A DNA stretch of 64,000 nucleotides from Escherichia phage vB_EcoA_4HA11. The notes below the pieces were generated by a model. That model was not told where the DNA came from. It saw nothing but the letters and a program-made list of their open reading frames with translations, and searched no databases. The stretch is from the sequence record MN445184; one strand, 5' to 3'. Shown piece after piece: positions 9,352 through 19,105 of the stretch. Every line of letters begins with the position of its first letter. Within the stretch, counting starts at the first letter, position 1. A program made the translations under genes and the position numbers.

Positions 9352-10383
9352 TTAGTCTTGCTTCAGGAACTGCTCGAACTCATCAATGGAAGCCGTCTGT
9401 TTCGCATCGGCACCACCATTATTGGCTGGAACAGATTGCTGTGCATTAGAAGGCTGAGATTGTTGTTGGTTCAGACTTTCCTGCGCTGTTGGGCGCTGGG
9501 GTTCCTGAGACTGGGTAGGCGCATGTGCCATAGTAGAAGCACCACCTTCAACCAGAGGCTGATTATCAGGGATGGCCAGAACTTTGCGCAAACGTTTTTC
9601 CAGATCTTCGTACGATTTGAAGTTGGCTGGATTAAAGAACTCAAACAGACTGTGTTCTTTTTCCCAGATCTCTTCAATGTATTCGTCGGTTCCCAGCGGT
9701 GCTGGATTATCCCACTTCACGTTGGTGAAGTTGGCAACCAGGCCTTTCCAGTTTCCGAACTCTTTCTCTTCGCCGTACAGATTCAGAATCAGATTCGCGC
9801 CTTCCCACATATCGAACGGGTCGAATTTCGGGTCGGTTGAGAACTTAGGATTCTGAGCCGAATCCAGGATTTTCTTGACGGCATTACCGAACTCAAGCAA
9901 GAAGACCTTGCCGTTGTTTTCCGGATTGTTGCCATCTTTGATCACCAGGATGTTGGCGTAGTATTTGGTGTCCGGCAGACGCTTTTTGAGAACTGTTTTC
10001 AGCTTTTCATCATTCGTTTCTTTCTGTTGTGCCCACAGAGGACGGTCATGGTCACGAACAGGATCATCGTTACCGAAAGTCTGCGGAGAGTTTTCGATAT
10101 ACCAACCACCAGCGCCCTGGAATGCGTGTTTCATGATCATGGCACACGGAGTTAACACAGCATCTTCAGGGATGGTGCCTTCTTCTTTAGCCTTCATGTC
10201 CACCAAAGGGATCGACAGGAAACGAATGATGTTTTCAGAAGTACCCTTGTCATTCCAGGTCCACTTCCAGATGCGTGGGTCACGACCGCCACCAACACGC
10301 TGGCCTTGCTGAGCGAGTCGCTGTTGCATAGCTTCGGCTTGTTGGCCACGAGATTGTTTAAGACGATCAAATAAATTACCCAT
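9352..10383 (-). CDS. 32: Single-stranded DNA-binding protein gp32
   Basis: 343 aa; YYANILVIKDGNNPENNGKVF and WEGANLILNL match the T4 gp32 core; Q-rich acidic C-terminus. Confidence 0.9.
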   Translation of the reverse strand: MGNLFDRLKQSRGQQAEAMQQRLAQQGQRVGGGRDPRIWKWTWNDKGTSENIIRFLSIPLVDMKAKEEGTIPEDAVLTPCAMIMKHAFQGAGGWYIENSPQTFGNDDPVRDHDRPLWAQQKETNDEKLKTVLKKRLPDTKYYANILVIKDGNNPENNGKVFLLEFGNAVKKILDSAQNPKFSTDPKFDPFDMWEGANLILNLYGEEKEFGNWKGLVANFTNVKWDNPAPLGTDEYIEEIWEKEHSLFEFFNPANFKSYEDLEKRLRKVLAIPDNQPLVEGGASTMAHAPTQSQEPQRPTAQESLNQQQSQPSNAQQSVPANNGGADAKQTASIDEFEQFLKQD

Positions 10384-10479
10384 TTTAATATTCCTCTATA
10401 ATCCGCCCCTTCGGGCTATTCTGTAAATGTATTTGTCAATTATTCCGACGGTGTAATTATACTGCGTTTTGCTATTGAG

Positions 10480-10719
10480 TTAACCCGCAATCATTTGTTT
10501 TGCTGGGTCTATTTCAATAATGTCGTACACATCCGAGAAGGTTTTGTGTCCTTCCAAGAATGTATGGTATTCGATGACATAGGATTTACCTTCCGGCGTC
10601 GTGTAACGTACACGATCCATATCATCAGCATGTTCATTGAGGCTACCGTGACGCCAGCGGATAGAACCTGGCAGATACTCTTGCGCCTTCAACATTTTAT
10701 AGATTTGCTCTTTGCTCAT
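10480..10719 (-). CDS. Hypothetical small protein
   Basis: 79-aa ORF. Confidence 0.4.
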   Translation of the reverse strand: MSKEQIYKMLKAQEYLPGSIRWRHGSLNEHADDMDRVRYTTPEGKSYVIEYHTFLEGHKTFSDVYDIIEIDPAKQMIAG

Positions 10720-10728
10720 GTTACAACC

Positions 10729-10971
10729 TTAAATGAGTTTTTTAGATTTCAATTCACCCTTCAACAACCGAGCATCAGAACATTCAGCTGTTAGCCTTGA
10801 CAGAAGAGGAGGCGTGATCAATTTTTTGACCTTTGCTTCTTCGATGTCATACTCTTCACAAACACTGGCCATCGTTTCAAGGATTGATTCCTTGCGTTGG
10901 CTTGCTCTCATCAACACCAATTCGGAAAAAGAATCTGGTGTGAGCACTTGTGCTATTTGTTGATCAGACAT
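10729..10971 (-). CDS. Hypothetical small protein
   Basis: ORF track 10729..11058; start placed at internal ATG (MSDQQIAQVL) that overlaps the stop of the upstream zinc-ribbon gene. Confidence 0.4.
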   Translation of the reverse strand: MSDQQIAQVLTPDSFSELVLMRASQRKESILETMASVCEEYDIEEAKVKKLITPPLLSRLTAECSDARLLKGELKSKKLI

Positions 10972-11209
10972 CGATTGTATTCCCCTTCCCTGATTGCTTC
11001 TTAATATGACGCAAAACGTCTTTGAAGCCATCAGGCGCGGACTGAGGACCACGAACACCAGATACGATCTTTGGTGCTCCGATAATCATTTTTATTTCGC
11101 CGCCACATTCAGAACATGGCTCTAATTCAGGCGTGTGACGTTCAGCACAAGATTTTCGAGCACTAAACGAATTTCCACAACCTGTACAGGCATAATCATA
11201 AAACGGCAT
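10964..11209 (-). CDS. FmdB-family zinc-ribbon protein
   Basis: ORF track 10964..11305; internal start MPFYDYACTGCGNSF...CSECGG is the classic FmdB CxxC...CxxC ribbon. Confidence 0.5.
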   Translation of the reverse strand: MPFYDYACTGCGNSFSARKSCAERHTPELEPCSECGGEIKMIIGAPKIVSGVRGPQSAPDGFKDVLRHIKKQSGKGNTIDV

Positions 11210-11492
11210 GAATCGCCTCCAATACGTGTCGTAGAAATATAATAACTGCTCCCACCAGCGTAGAAAACAGGACAATCCTGCTTGCTTTATCACGCAGCAA
11301 AACATATTCGGCCAACATATCAGATTGATTTGCAGCTCTTACATTGACGTCACTATGTGGTGAAACCGCATAGAAAGATACCATGGCACTTAATGAATGA
11401 AGGAATGTCAAGAATCCCTTAATCCAAACAAACGCCGTCATCAACAGCAAGGCGAAAAGCAGTATATCTGCCAGCAGCCAGTAGTTAATCAT
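11196..11492 (-). CDS. Small membrane protein
   Basis: 98 aa with two or three hydrophobic helices (LLADILLFALLLMTAFVWI, IVLFSTLVGAVIIFL). Confidence 0.4.
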   Translation of the reverse strand: MINYWLLADILLFALLLMTAFVWIKGFLTFLHSLSAMVSFYAVSPHSDVNVRAANQSDMLAEYVLLRDKASRIVLFSTLVGAVIIFLRHVLEAIHAVL

Positions 11493-12096
11493 TTCTTACA
11501 CCTCTATTGAAATCAGGATAATTTTCTATGAAGTAAGGACCAGAAACCATATTTGCAAACGAATCCACGAGGTCATCGATTGGCTTTGGATCCTTCACAT
11601 CCAACATGTCCATTATACCGCGCATCTTAACGTTGAACAGCTTCTCAAAGTGATCTATCATGACCAATTTGTCGGCATTTCCTTTACCACAAAAATGTTT
11701 CTTAACAAAAGACGGGGTAACAATCTGAAATTCCATATTGTTACGGCGCATCGCTTGTTTCAATAGAGATGTGTTCTCGGCGGTTTGGCATATGTTGTTG
11801 GAGTTTTTTGAATTCCCCATAGCATAGCCTTCTAGGGTGATGAAATCCGGCTTCTCTGTAAGAAGTACGGCTTCAGCCCATTTGGAAATGTTATAAAACC
11901 GTTCTTCGGGGGATTCATATTTGGGTTGACGTAAAATAAGAATATTGTGTCGCACTTGACGACAGTGCTTCTCAACGGTATGATGTGCATAGAAATGAAG
12001 ATGATCAAAATCCAGAGGATCTTTGTCGTCCCAGAAGCACATGGCTGGACAGCCGTAAGAATAGTCGATTCCGCAAAATTTCATAAAAATACCCAT
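11485..12096 (-). CDS. Hypothetical protein, possible RNase H-fold (RuvC-like) nuclease
   Basis: 203 aa; N-terminal MKFCGIDYS resembles the RuvC GIDPG start, with downstream acidic residues; weak. Confidence 0.35.
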   Translation of the reverse strand: MGIFMKFCGIDYSYGCPAMCFWDDKDPLDFDHLHFYAHHTVEKHCRQVRHNILILRQPKYESPEERFYNISKWAEAVLLTEKPDFITLEGYAMGNSKNSNNICQTAENTSLLKQAMRRNNMEFQIVTPSFVKKHFCGKGNADKLVMIDHFEKLFNVKMRGIMDMLDVKDPKPIDDLVDSFANMVSGPYFIENYPDFNRGVRND

Positions 12097-12133
12097 AACG
12101 AAGTTTCATTGTGTTATGGGTATTTAGACCGGA

Positions 12134-12619
12134 TTATCTGGTGACGATTTTGCTTTCCGGTAAAATCAGGCGAGGTTTGGAGTCCATTTCTTCTTGCATC
12201 TGACGTATCTGTTGCAGTAATGCAGAAGTGTCCACATGACGTTTGATCCCCCGCGCTTCATCACCATATGACACATGGCCGTTGGCGTCCACATAATGCG
12301 CGGTGCAAACCATCAAAACATAACCCAACTCACCAACGGCAACCGTTAAATCAACCACTTCGGAAGCCAAAGATTCTCCGTCAACACTGAGATTGGGTGA
12401 ATAATGGATTTTACCATCAGCCATAAATTCGCTATTCAGCATAATCATGCCAGCGATCGTTTGTACAACGGGGTTCCCCTGATCATCAGCAACGAAACCG
12501 TCGAATGCGCCTTCAAACCCTGGCGCAATTTCTCCCTTTTCATTTGTGATCACAGCGCGAAGGCGTTGAAGGATGACGTCTTGTACCTGCTGAATATCAG
12601 CGCGTTCTACGTTTGGCAT
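12134..12619 (-). CDS. Hypothetical protein
   Basis: ORF track 12134..12688; internal ATG (MPNVERAD) avoids overlap with the upstream ORF. Confidence 0.45.
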   Translation of the reverse strand: MPNVERADIQQVQDVILQRLRAVITNEKGEIAPGFEGAFDGFVADDQGNPVVQTIAGMIMLNSEFMADGKIHYSPNLSVDGESLASEVVDLTVAVGELGYVLMVCTAHYVDANGHVSYGDEARGIKRHVDTSALLQQIRQMQEEMDSKPRLILPESKIVTR

Positions 12620-13121
12620 TATTGTTCTCCAGTTCATAATCCCGTTCTTTAACATATTCATAAAGACGAGAAGTAATTCGGTCGGCATTGCCTGTGGTAT
12701 TCTTCACAACCCAACCGCTCGTAAGGACATCCATTTTATATCCACAATCATTATCTTGAAAATAACTTTTAATTGATTCAAGCCGACGACGTTTATGAAA
12801 ATATGGTATTAATTCGCCAATGATGACACAATCGGGATAATGCTTATCCAGAGTGTTTATGTCTCGTTGCACCCAAACCGGAATAACATCATCATCTTCA
12901 ATTGGGCTGTACGTTGGATCAACGATAATCACATTGAATCCATAATTCAATAAATCTTTAACTCCCAGCCACCCGAATTTCATATCGGACACGGTCATGG
13001 CGACATTCTTTATCCCCAATTTATTTGCAAAATCTGTGAGTAATACAAAAAAGTCCGTGTTTGCATCCGGATAATTAATTGCGAGTTGCTCCCCCACTTT
13101 ACTGAAACAGAACGCGTGCAT
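12597..13121 (-). CDS. Hypothetical protein
   Basis: 174-aa ORF, ATG at 13121. Confidence 0.45.
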   Translation of the reverse strand: MHAFCFSKVGEQLAINYPDANTDFFVLLTDFANKLGIKNVAMTVSDMKFGWLGVKDLLNYGFNVIIVDPTYSPIEDDDVIPVWVQRDINTLDKHYPDCVIIGELIPYFHKRRRLESIKSYFQDNDCGYKMDVLTSGWVVKNTTGNADRITSRLYEYVKERDYELENNNAKRRTR

Positions 13122-13134
13122 TTTCAGTCCTCGT

Positions 13135-13142
13135 TATAAATA
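13135..13142 (+). promoter_or_regulatory. T4-type late promoter TATAAATA
   Basis: Exact TATAAATA ~29 nt upstream of ATG 13171, with GTGGAG between. Confidence 0.6.
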
Positions 13143-13170
13143 CAATTACAATATACCGTGGAGATACATT

Positions 13171-13977
13171 ATGAATTTACCATCATTGCCCAAAACTGAG
13201 AGAACACATAAAAGTGATTTCTGGCCGACTGTGATCAAATACCGCGCCTTTACAGCAGGGCAACAGACCATGTTACTTCAGGTTGCTGATCCGAACACTC
13301 CTATGAGTGAGCGCGTGGCAACATTGGAGCAACTATTTGACAGTTGTGTTGATGCTGGCGTTCCCTTTAGTAAACTGCCAATCGGTGTTACTGAAGAAGT
13401 ATTTTTAAAGATGCGCTGTATATCTATCGGCGAGGTCATGAAGATACGTTACAAATGTAATAACAAAGTTCAAGCCGAAACCAATGAAGGTGGTGAAGAA
13501 CCAGTTTCTGGCCTTAAAGATTGTGGTCAAGAGCTTGTGTTACCGATCCCGCTCAATCAGGTAAAATGCGTGTCCCCAGAAGGCTTCAGGGAGACGTTTG
13601 ATCTACCAGGTGGTTATCATATAAAGATGCGCCAGCCGTCCTTCTCGGATGCCTCAGTGCTTAATGAAGCATCCTCTGTTGAACAAATGATTGCCACCTT
13701 TATCGATTGTCTGTATGACGACGATGGTCAGGTTTGGAAGGTGGAAAATCCGGCTGAACCTGGTATCGATCCAGAAGTTGCTAAAGAACGCCAACGCATT
13801 AAGGATGAATTTGTCAAATGGGTCGGGGACAATATTGAATCTGAGATTGTTCAGGACATTTCGAATGATTTCTTTAAAAAGATTCCGCGTATTCGTTACG
13901 CGACAAAAATTAAATGCCCTTCGTGTGGGAAAGAACACGAAGTCAAATTTAACAGTGTCACCGAGATTTTCATTTAA
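13171..13977 (+). CDS. Late protein, probably baseplate or virion-associated, with C-terminal CxxC
   Basis: 268 aa; late promoter and SD; followed by a hairpin terminator and then gp5/gp25. Confidence 0.55.
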   Translation: MNLPSLPKTERTHKSDFWPTVIKYRAFTAGQQTMLLQVADPNTPMSERVATLEQLFDSCVDAGVPFSKLPIGVTEEVFLKMRCISIGEVMKIRYKCNNKVQAETNEGGEEPVSGLKDCGQELVLPIPLNQVKCVSPEGFRETFDLPGGYHIKMRQPSFSDASVLNEASSVEQMIATFIDCLYDDDGQVWKVENPAEPGIDPEVAKERQRIKDEFVKWVGDNIESEIVQDISNDFFKKIPRIRYATKIKCPSCGKEHEVKFNSVTEIFI

Positions 13978-14126
13978 TTTTTGAAATTGATTTACTCTCC
14001 TATTTTGTGATGTGTGACGAATTAAAGGCACACGGCTATAGCATATTTGAAATCAGTGAATCGATGCCGTGGCATCTTGATTTGCTTACCGAGACACTGA
14101 AAATTAGATTGTCTAAGAAATCTTCC

Positions 14127-14154
14127 AACCCCACGTAATGTGGGGTTTTCTTTG
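14127..14154 (+). terminator. Rho-independent terminator
   Basis: AACCCCAC-GTAAT-GTGGGGTT followed by TTCTTTG. Confidence 0.6.
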
Positions 14155-14454
14155 CTTACCTGTATTACCGTTTAAGAAAGGATTGTTTAACCCGAAATTG
14201 CTATAACACCATTGTTCCTGATGTGAATGTTGTGTAAATCTGTTTTGAATTTGTTTTGAAACAAAAATAATGCTTTTCTACGCATGTTCTGAGGTGTACA
14301 GTATTTTCCTCGCCTTTATGCCTCCATGGCATTGGAATGGGACTGCCTGTCAAGGCGGTGTTACGAGCTTCAGCGAGTAGGAACGAAAAGAATAAAGGTT
14401 GAACGGAAGCAGAGCTTCCTATAATATATTATTCGACAGATTTCAAATCCCCGC

Positions 14455-14462
14455 CATAAATA
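14455..14462 (+). promoter_or_regulatory. Probable late promoter variant CATAAATA
   Basis: 7 of 8 match to TATAAATA, ~22 nt upstream of the gp5-like ATG. Confidence 0.35.
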
Positions 14463-14483
14463 TCACATGATTCTAATTGACTA

Positions 14484-16109
14484 ATGGGTTTCAATATGTT
14501 AGACAACTTGCGTTGGTTTTACGGGCGCGTTGAAGACGTGAATGATCCCGATCAAAACGGGCGCGTCGCAGTACGCATCTATGGGGTACACACGGAGGAT
14601 ACCACTCTCCTGCCTACAGAATTATTGCCTTGGGGTAAAATGCTTATGCCAGCATCTAACGCCTCCTCGGCAGGTTTAGGCTGGTCTCCGACGGGTATCA
14701 CTGTCGGCTCTGACGTTATGGGGTTTGCTTTGGATGAAGCATATCAGAACATCCGTATTGCATGGGTATGGCCAGCAGCAACACCAACAGATGGGTCAGA
14801 TACAAACCCATTGGCGCTGGGTCAGGTCGTTCAATCTATAGAAAGACAGAAGTATAATGCCGTCGAGAATGTTCCTGTTAAGATTGAGGATGAACCACAA
14901 CCGGATCCACAACCACCAGTAGACGGATATGATCCTGAGAAGTGGATGACCGTGGCTCGTGGGGAATTGGGTGTCAAAGAATATTCTGGTAAGTTCAATA
15001 ACAACCCAAGGATATTGGAATATCATAAGACAACTTCCCTGGGGGCGTCAGAAGATGAAGTTAGTTGGTGTGCGTCGTTTGTCGGATGGGTTCTGATACA
15101 GGCCGGATATACATCAACACGTTCTGCTTTGGCTCGTTCATATTTACAATGGGGGTCTCCTCTGTCAGAACCACGTTACGGCGCTGTTGTAGTGTTCCGG
15201 CGCGGGAACAACCCGACATTCGGTCACGTTGCATTCGTTCAGAAATTTGACGCCAACTACGTTTGGTGTATCGGGGGAAACCAATCCGATTCTGTGAAGG
15301 TGAGCCGTTTTAGCCGCTCATCCGTGTTGGGTTATCGTTGGCCAGGTCCAGCAACTACAGCTTCAGCAGCTCCGGCACAACAAAACGGTAAATGGTCTGA
15401 ACCTATTCCAGATCGTACCCCGAAAGTCCAAGAAACACCGCCTCCTTCTGGTCGTGTTCAGGATATTGACAACACAGGAGAGGTATCGGTTCCTTCGGCT
15501 GGAGGGTCTCGTTATCCATACAACAATGTTATGGCTTCTCGAGCTGGGCATATTATGGAGGTCGATGACACTCCAGGCGGGGAACGTTTGCATTGGATGC
15601 ACTCTTCTGGGTCTTACAAGCAAATGCTTCCTGACGGTGATGTTGTTAATAAATCAGTCAAAGATCATTATGACCTGACGATGTTCGACAAACGTTATTA
15701 TGTGGGGGGTGATCATAACCTGACAATTGGTGGGACTGAAGTACAGCGCAAGAAAGGAGAAGTTTACCACTTACACTCTTCTAACTATTCCAATGTGGTC
15801 GCTGGAACAGCGTTGATGAAATTTTCCCAATTGGCTGAGATACAGGCACAGAACGTGTTGCGTCTCATCTGTGAAATGTTGGAAGTTTCCAATACTTTGA
15901 AAGTGCCTAAAATACTGGCTAGTGAAATAGTTTGTGATAAGTTGTCGGTGGCGCAGACTATTGAAGGCAACATCAAATATGCTGAAGGCGCTGGCCGCGC
16001 CGCCTCACGTGCGGGGGCAACTCCTGTAACAACTACAGGCCCAGGTCCAATTGATATAAAACCGGAGTTAGAGGATAACGGCGGCAATTTTGGTGGTAAA
16101 GGCGCATGA
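14484..16109 (+). CDS. 5: Baseplate hub/central spike protein gp5-like with CHAP (NlpC/P60-type) peptidase domain
   Basis: 541 aa. N-terminal LRWFYGRVEDVNDPDQNGRVAVRIYGVHT resembles the gp5 OB domain; central WCASFVGWVL...GHVAFV is a Cys/His CHAP signature. Confidence 0.7.
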   Translation: MGFNMLDNLRWFYGRVEDVNDPDQNGRVAVRIYGVHTEDTTLLPTELLPWGKMLMPASNASSAGLGWSPTGITVGSDVMGFALDEAYQNIRIAWVWPAATPTDGSDTNPLALGQVVQSIERQKYNAVENVPVKIEDEPQPDPQPPVDGYDPEKWMTVARGELGVKEYSGKFNNNPRILEYHKTTSLGASEDEVSWCASFVGWVLIQAGYTSTRSALARSYLQWGSPLSEPRYGAVVVFRRGNNPTFGHVAFVQKFDANYVWCIGGNQSDSVKVSRFSRSSVLGYRWPGPATTASAAPAQQNGKWSEPIPDRTPKVQETPPPSGRVQDIDNTGEVSVPSAGGSRYPYNNVMASRAGHIMEVDDTPGGERLHWMHSSGSYKQMLPDGDVVNKSVKDHYDLTMFDKRYYVGGDHNLTIGGTEVQRKKGEVYHLHSSNYSNVVAGTALMKFSQLAEIQAQNVLRLICEMLEVSNTLKVPKILASEIVCDKLSVAQTIEGNIKYAEGAGRAASRAGATPVTTTGPGPIDIKPELEDNGGNFGGKGA

Positions 16110-16173
16110 TTACACTGGTGAGGGCAGATAATGCCCTCTCGTGCTGGAGAGGCAATATCCAAAGGGGTTTAAC

Positions 16174-16554
16174 ATGAAAGAGTACAAGGACATTGACCTG
16201 AAGTTTGGCATGCATCCGGTCACCAAAGATGTCACTAAGAAAACAGGCATTTATGCTGTACTACAATCTGTGCGTAATATAGTGATGGCGACGGTAGGTG
16301 ATTGGCCGACGTATCCGAGTATTGGGGCGGGGTTGTATACCATGCTGGGAGAAAATACAAATCCCACGATACAGGTCGACGTGAAGAACAAAGTTGAAGA
16401 TGCCATTGCTCTTTTTGAGCCAAGAGCTGAATTGCAATCTGTTGATGTATCATTGTCGGACGATTATCATTCTCTGGGCGTAACCATCACGTTCTATGTG
16501 GTCAACAACCCAGAGCCGATAACAGACACCATATGGTTGAAACGGACAAATTGA
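16174..16554 (+). CDS. 25: Baseplate wedge protein gp25-like
   Basis: ORF track 16141..16554; ATG 16174 with AAGGGG SD. GDWPTYPSIGAGLY...VEDAIALFEPRAEL...LGVTITFYVVNNPE parallels T4 gp25. Confidence 0.7.
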   Translation: MKEYKDIDLKFGMHPVTKDVTKKTGIYAVLQSVRNIVMATVGDWPTYPSIGAGLYTMLGENTNPTIQVDVKNKVEDAIALFEPRAELQSVDVSLSDDYHSLGVTITFYVVNNPEPITDTIWLKRTN

Positions 16555-16893
16555 TTAAAGAACGTCCGTGGCAGAGCATTTTGTCACCAACTCAAAATGA
16601 GTTAATAAACGATATAATATTTTCCCACCCGTTCTGTGGACTATGGTGGTTGGTTTCAGATTAACCACCATACCGTCCAGATTACCTGTCAACACAAATG
16701 TCAGACGGATGCGTAAGACGTTGGTGCCTTCAGAACGCATTATTTGGCAGTCATGGCTATATCCTATTTGCTTTCCCTTTAGAACCAGAGGGATACGGAC
16801 ATTTTCCTTTAACAGAATATCCAAATTTTCAAATAATGGACCTTCCTTTTTGTGAACAGAGTACACTGTTTCTAATATCGGGAATTTGTACAT
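16555..16893 (-). CDS. Hypothetical protein
   Basis: 112-aa ORF convergent with gp25. Confidence 0.35.
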   Translation of the reverse strand: MYKFPILETVYSVHKKEGPLFENLDILLKENVRIPLVLKGKQIGYSHDCQIMRSEGTNVLRIRLTFVLTGNLDGMVVNLKPTTIVHRTGGKILYRLLTHFELVTKCSATDVL

Positions 16894-16894
16894 A

Positions 16895-17356
16895 TCACGG
16901 CACCAAAGTAATGACGATCATATTGAGTACTGTATCAACCGCGACACCAGAATCTTCTTCATGGATAGTTGATGCACGTAAATGAATGTCAGAAATATAA
17001 TTGTCTATATGCATCGACGTCAAATAAGGACGGTGTTGATACACAGGACGGTTGACCTGAACATATTCACGCAGAATGCTGAATGAAAAGTCTTCACATT
17101 GAGTGGTGTCAATGCGCAAAAATCTTTGAGCATGGCAGGTCTTTAACTCGGTCACTTTCCCCAAATAATGGAGGTCTCCGGATGAACCGATGCGGAACAT
17201 CACGTCTACTTCAGATTTGAAAATTTCGCGTTCAATAAGAGTCGCTGGTGCCCAACAAACTTCTTCCTTGTCTTCTGGGAATAACGTATCGATCACTTCA
17301 GGCAATTGGATGTAACCGAAGTTGTGACGAGGGTTGGTGAGTAATTTGTTGGACAT
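16895..17356 (-). CDS. Hypothetical protein
   Basis: 153-aa ORF. Confidence 0.45.
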   Translation of the reverse strand: MSNKLLTNPRHNFGYIQLPEVIDTLFPEDKEEVCWAPATLIEREIFKSEVDVMFRIGSSGDLHYLGKVTELKTCHAQRFLRIDTTQCEDFSFSILREYVQVNRPVYQHRPYLTSMHIDNYISDIHLRASTIHEEDSGVAVDTVLNMIVITLVP

Positions 17357-17357
17357 G

Positions 17358-17612
17358 TTATGCTCCTATTACGTGCTGTTTGGCTTGTTCATAGGCTGTG
17401 CGGAGTTCAAGATAAGAATCTGCCAACAACGGTGATTTGTCGTTTTTCCGATTCATGATTATTTGGTGGTTAACGACAGCACGGCGTAATCTGAGTTCTG
17501 CCACCCAGAATGCTTTTTGTTTTGCGTGTCCTGGACGGGCGCGTAGGTCGTGATAATGCATAGAAGCATGATATATTTCAGAGTTGGTCATGATATAGTT
17601 CCTGCTATTCAA
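17358..17612 (-). CDS. Hypothetical protein
   Basis: 84-aa ORF. Confidence 0.4.
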   Translation of the reverse strand: MNSRNYIMTNSEIYHASMHYHDLRARPGHAKQKAFWVAELRLRRAVVNHQIIMNRKNDKSPLLADSYLELRTAYEQAKQHVIGA

Positions 17613-17668
17613 TTTGTGGCGTTTGCCAATAAATTACTGGGAAGTATAGGCGGAAAGGTTTCAAAAGT

Positions 17669-17691
17669 AAAGCCCCTCATTGAGGGGCTTT
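17669..17691 (-). terminator. Hairpin terminator downstream of the glutaredoxin-like gene
   Basis: AAGCCCCTC-ATTG-AGGGGCTT with a T-run on the minus strand. Confidence 0.5.
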
Positions 17692-17697
17692 GAAAGA

Positions 17698-17922
17698 TCA
17701 GCGTTTCAAACTTGCGGCGAGTCCAGTAACGTCGGTCACGGTTTGATCAGCCAGGACAATCACGGGCATAGACATGCGCTGTTTACCAGTGATTTTCTGT
17801 AATTCTTCCAGCTTGTAATCTTTATCAAGTTTCAGAATCTTATGTTCAATACCGCGAATGCGACAGATGTTTTCAGCTTGTAAACATTGCGCACAACCTT
17901 GTTTGGAATAAATCGTAATCAT
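17698..17922 (-). CDS. Glutaredoxin-like protein (NrdH/NrdC-type redoxin for ribonucleotide reductase)
   Basis: 74 aa; YSKQGCAQC active-site motif; directly downstream of nrdB. Confidence 0.65.
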   Translation of the reverse strand: MITIYSKQGCAQCLQAENICRIRGIEHKILKLDKDYKLEELQKITGKQRMSMPVIVLADQTVTDVTGLAASLKR

Positions 17923-17931
17923 TTCTCACCT

Positions 17932-19035
17932 TTAGGCAAATTTCAGACCGTCGGAGACTGATCCAGTAAGGACACCAGTCAGATAATCAGGGGCTTCCGC
18001 TTCCTGTAATGCATATTGCATTGTTTTATTATCTAGCCACTCATTTATCCATGGCACCGGATTGTCTTTACGGGCTTGTCCTGGATATGGGTGGCCAATA
18101 GCTCCCATACGGTGTGTTGCCAACCAGTCCACCATTTGATGAAGGATATTTGCATTCAGTCCCAGCATTGAGCCGTCTTTGAACAGATAATTCGCCCATT
18201 CTTTTTCTTGGTTGACAACGTCGACATACATCTGGGTCATTTCGCCGCGCAGTTCTTCTCTAATAATGGCAAAATCAGGGTCCATCAGTGGCAGACGGTT
18301 CAGGAAAGTCTGGGTCAGGATGAGGTGATCTTGCTCATCACGAGCAATCTGACGGATGATTTTAGCGTTGCCTTCCATTTTGTTGAGGAATTGCATGAAT
18401 GCCCAAGAACACGCAAATGAAACATAGAAACGGACGCCTTCGAGGGAGTTGGCGGCAAACAGAGCACGCCAGAATGCACGCTTGGCGTTCATGATGTCTT
18501 CACGGGTGAACGCGCGTCCAGCCATACGCATCCCGCTGTAACGCACCATGTCGTCGTAGTATACGCTGATCTGTCCGGCGCAATCGACGATCTCCTGAAC
18601 GTCCAGAACATGGTCAAAAACGATACCAGGATCATTCACTGTGTTACGAAGGATATGCGTGTAAGATAGTGAGTGGATGGCTTCTTGGCGCGTCCACTCC
18701 AGAATAGCAAATTGCGCTTCTGGTGTTGATGCCCATGGGCCAAACGCTTCGAACGGAGCAGCACCCTGGATAGAATCCAGCATGGTCTGTCGTTTCAGGT
18801 TGCTGAAGTAGATGTGTTGTTCCGCAGCGGATAGAGTGGCAAAGTCTGCTTTGTCTTTGGTGACATCCACTTCTTCCGGACGCCAGAATTGGCTGAGGCC
18901 TTTTTCATACCATTTTTGAACAAAAGGCCAAGCCACTTTGTCATAACGCTGGATACTTACAGGGTCGCCAAAGAATGGCAGTCCTGTATTATTTGAAGAT
19001 GGATCGAATACTGAGAATTGCTTTTGTTCGTTCAT
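17932..19035 (-). CDS. nrdB: Ribonucleotide reductase small subunit
   Basis: 367 aa; diiron/tyrosyl-radical family hallmarks (EAIHSLSY, FYVSFACSWAF, RDEQDH). Confidence 0.9.
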   Translation of the reverse strand: MNEQKQFSVFDPSSNNTGLPFFGDPVSIQRYDKVAWPFVQKWYEKGLSQFWRPEEVDVTKDKADFATLSAAEQHIYFSNLKRQTMLDSIQGAAPFEAFGPWASTPEAQFAILEWTRQEAIHSLSYTHILRNTVNDPGIVFDHVLDVQEIVDCAGQISVYYDDMVRYSGMRMAGRAFTREDIMNAKRAFWRALFAANSLEGVRFYVSFACSWAFMQFLNKMEGNAKIIRQIARDEQDHLILTQTFLNRLPLMDPDFAIIREELRGEMTQMYVDVVNQEKEWANYLFKDGSMLGLNANILHQMVDWLATHRMGAIGHPYPGQARKDNPVPWINEWLDNKTMQYALQEAEAPDYLTGVLTGSVSDGLKFA

Positions 19036-19105
19036 GTTTCTTTCCTGATGAATAAGGGGTGACGAATCACCCCTGATATTAAACGTTTGTGTTGTATAGA
19101 CCTAA

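Noticed and set aside
13978-14483. tRNA genes in the long intergenic region and elsewhere
   Set aside because: No T-loop-like GTTCGAATC/GTTCAAATC motifs or cloverleaf-compatible arms were found by eye; a covariance-model scan would be needed to be certain.
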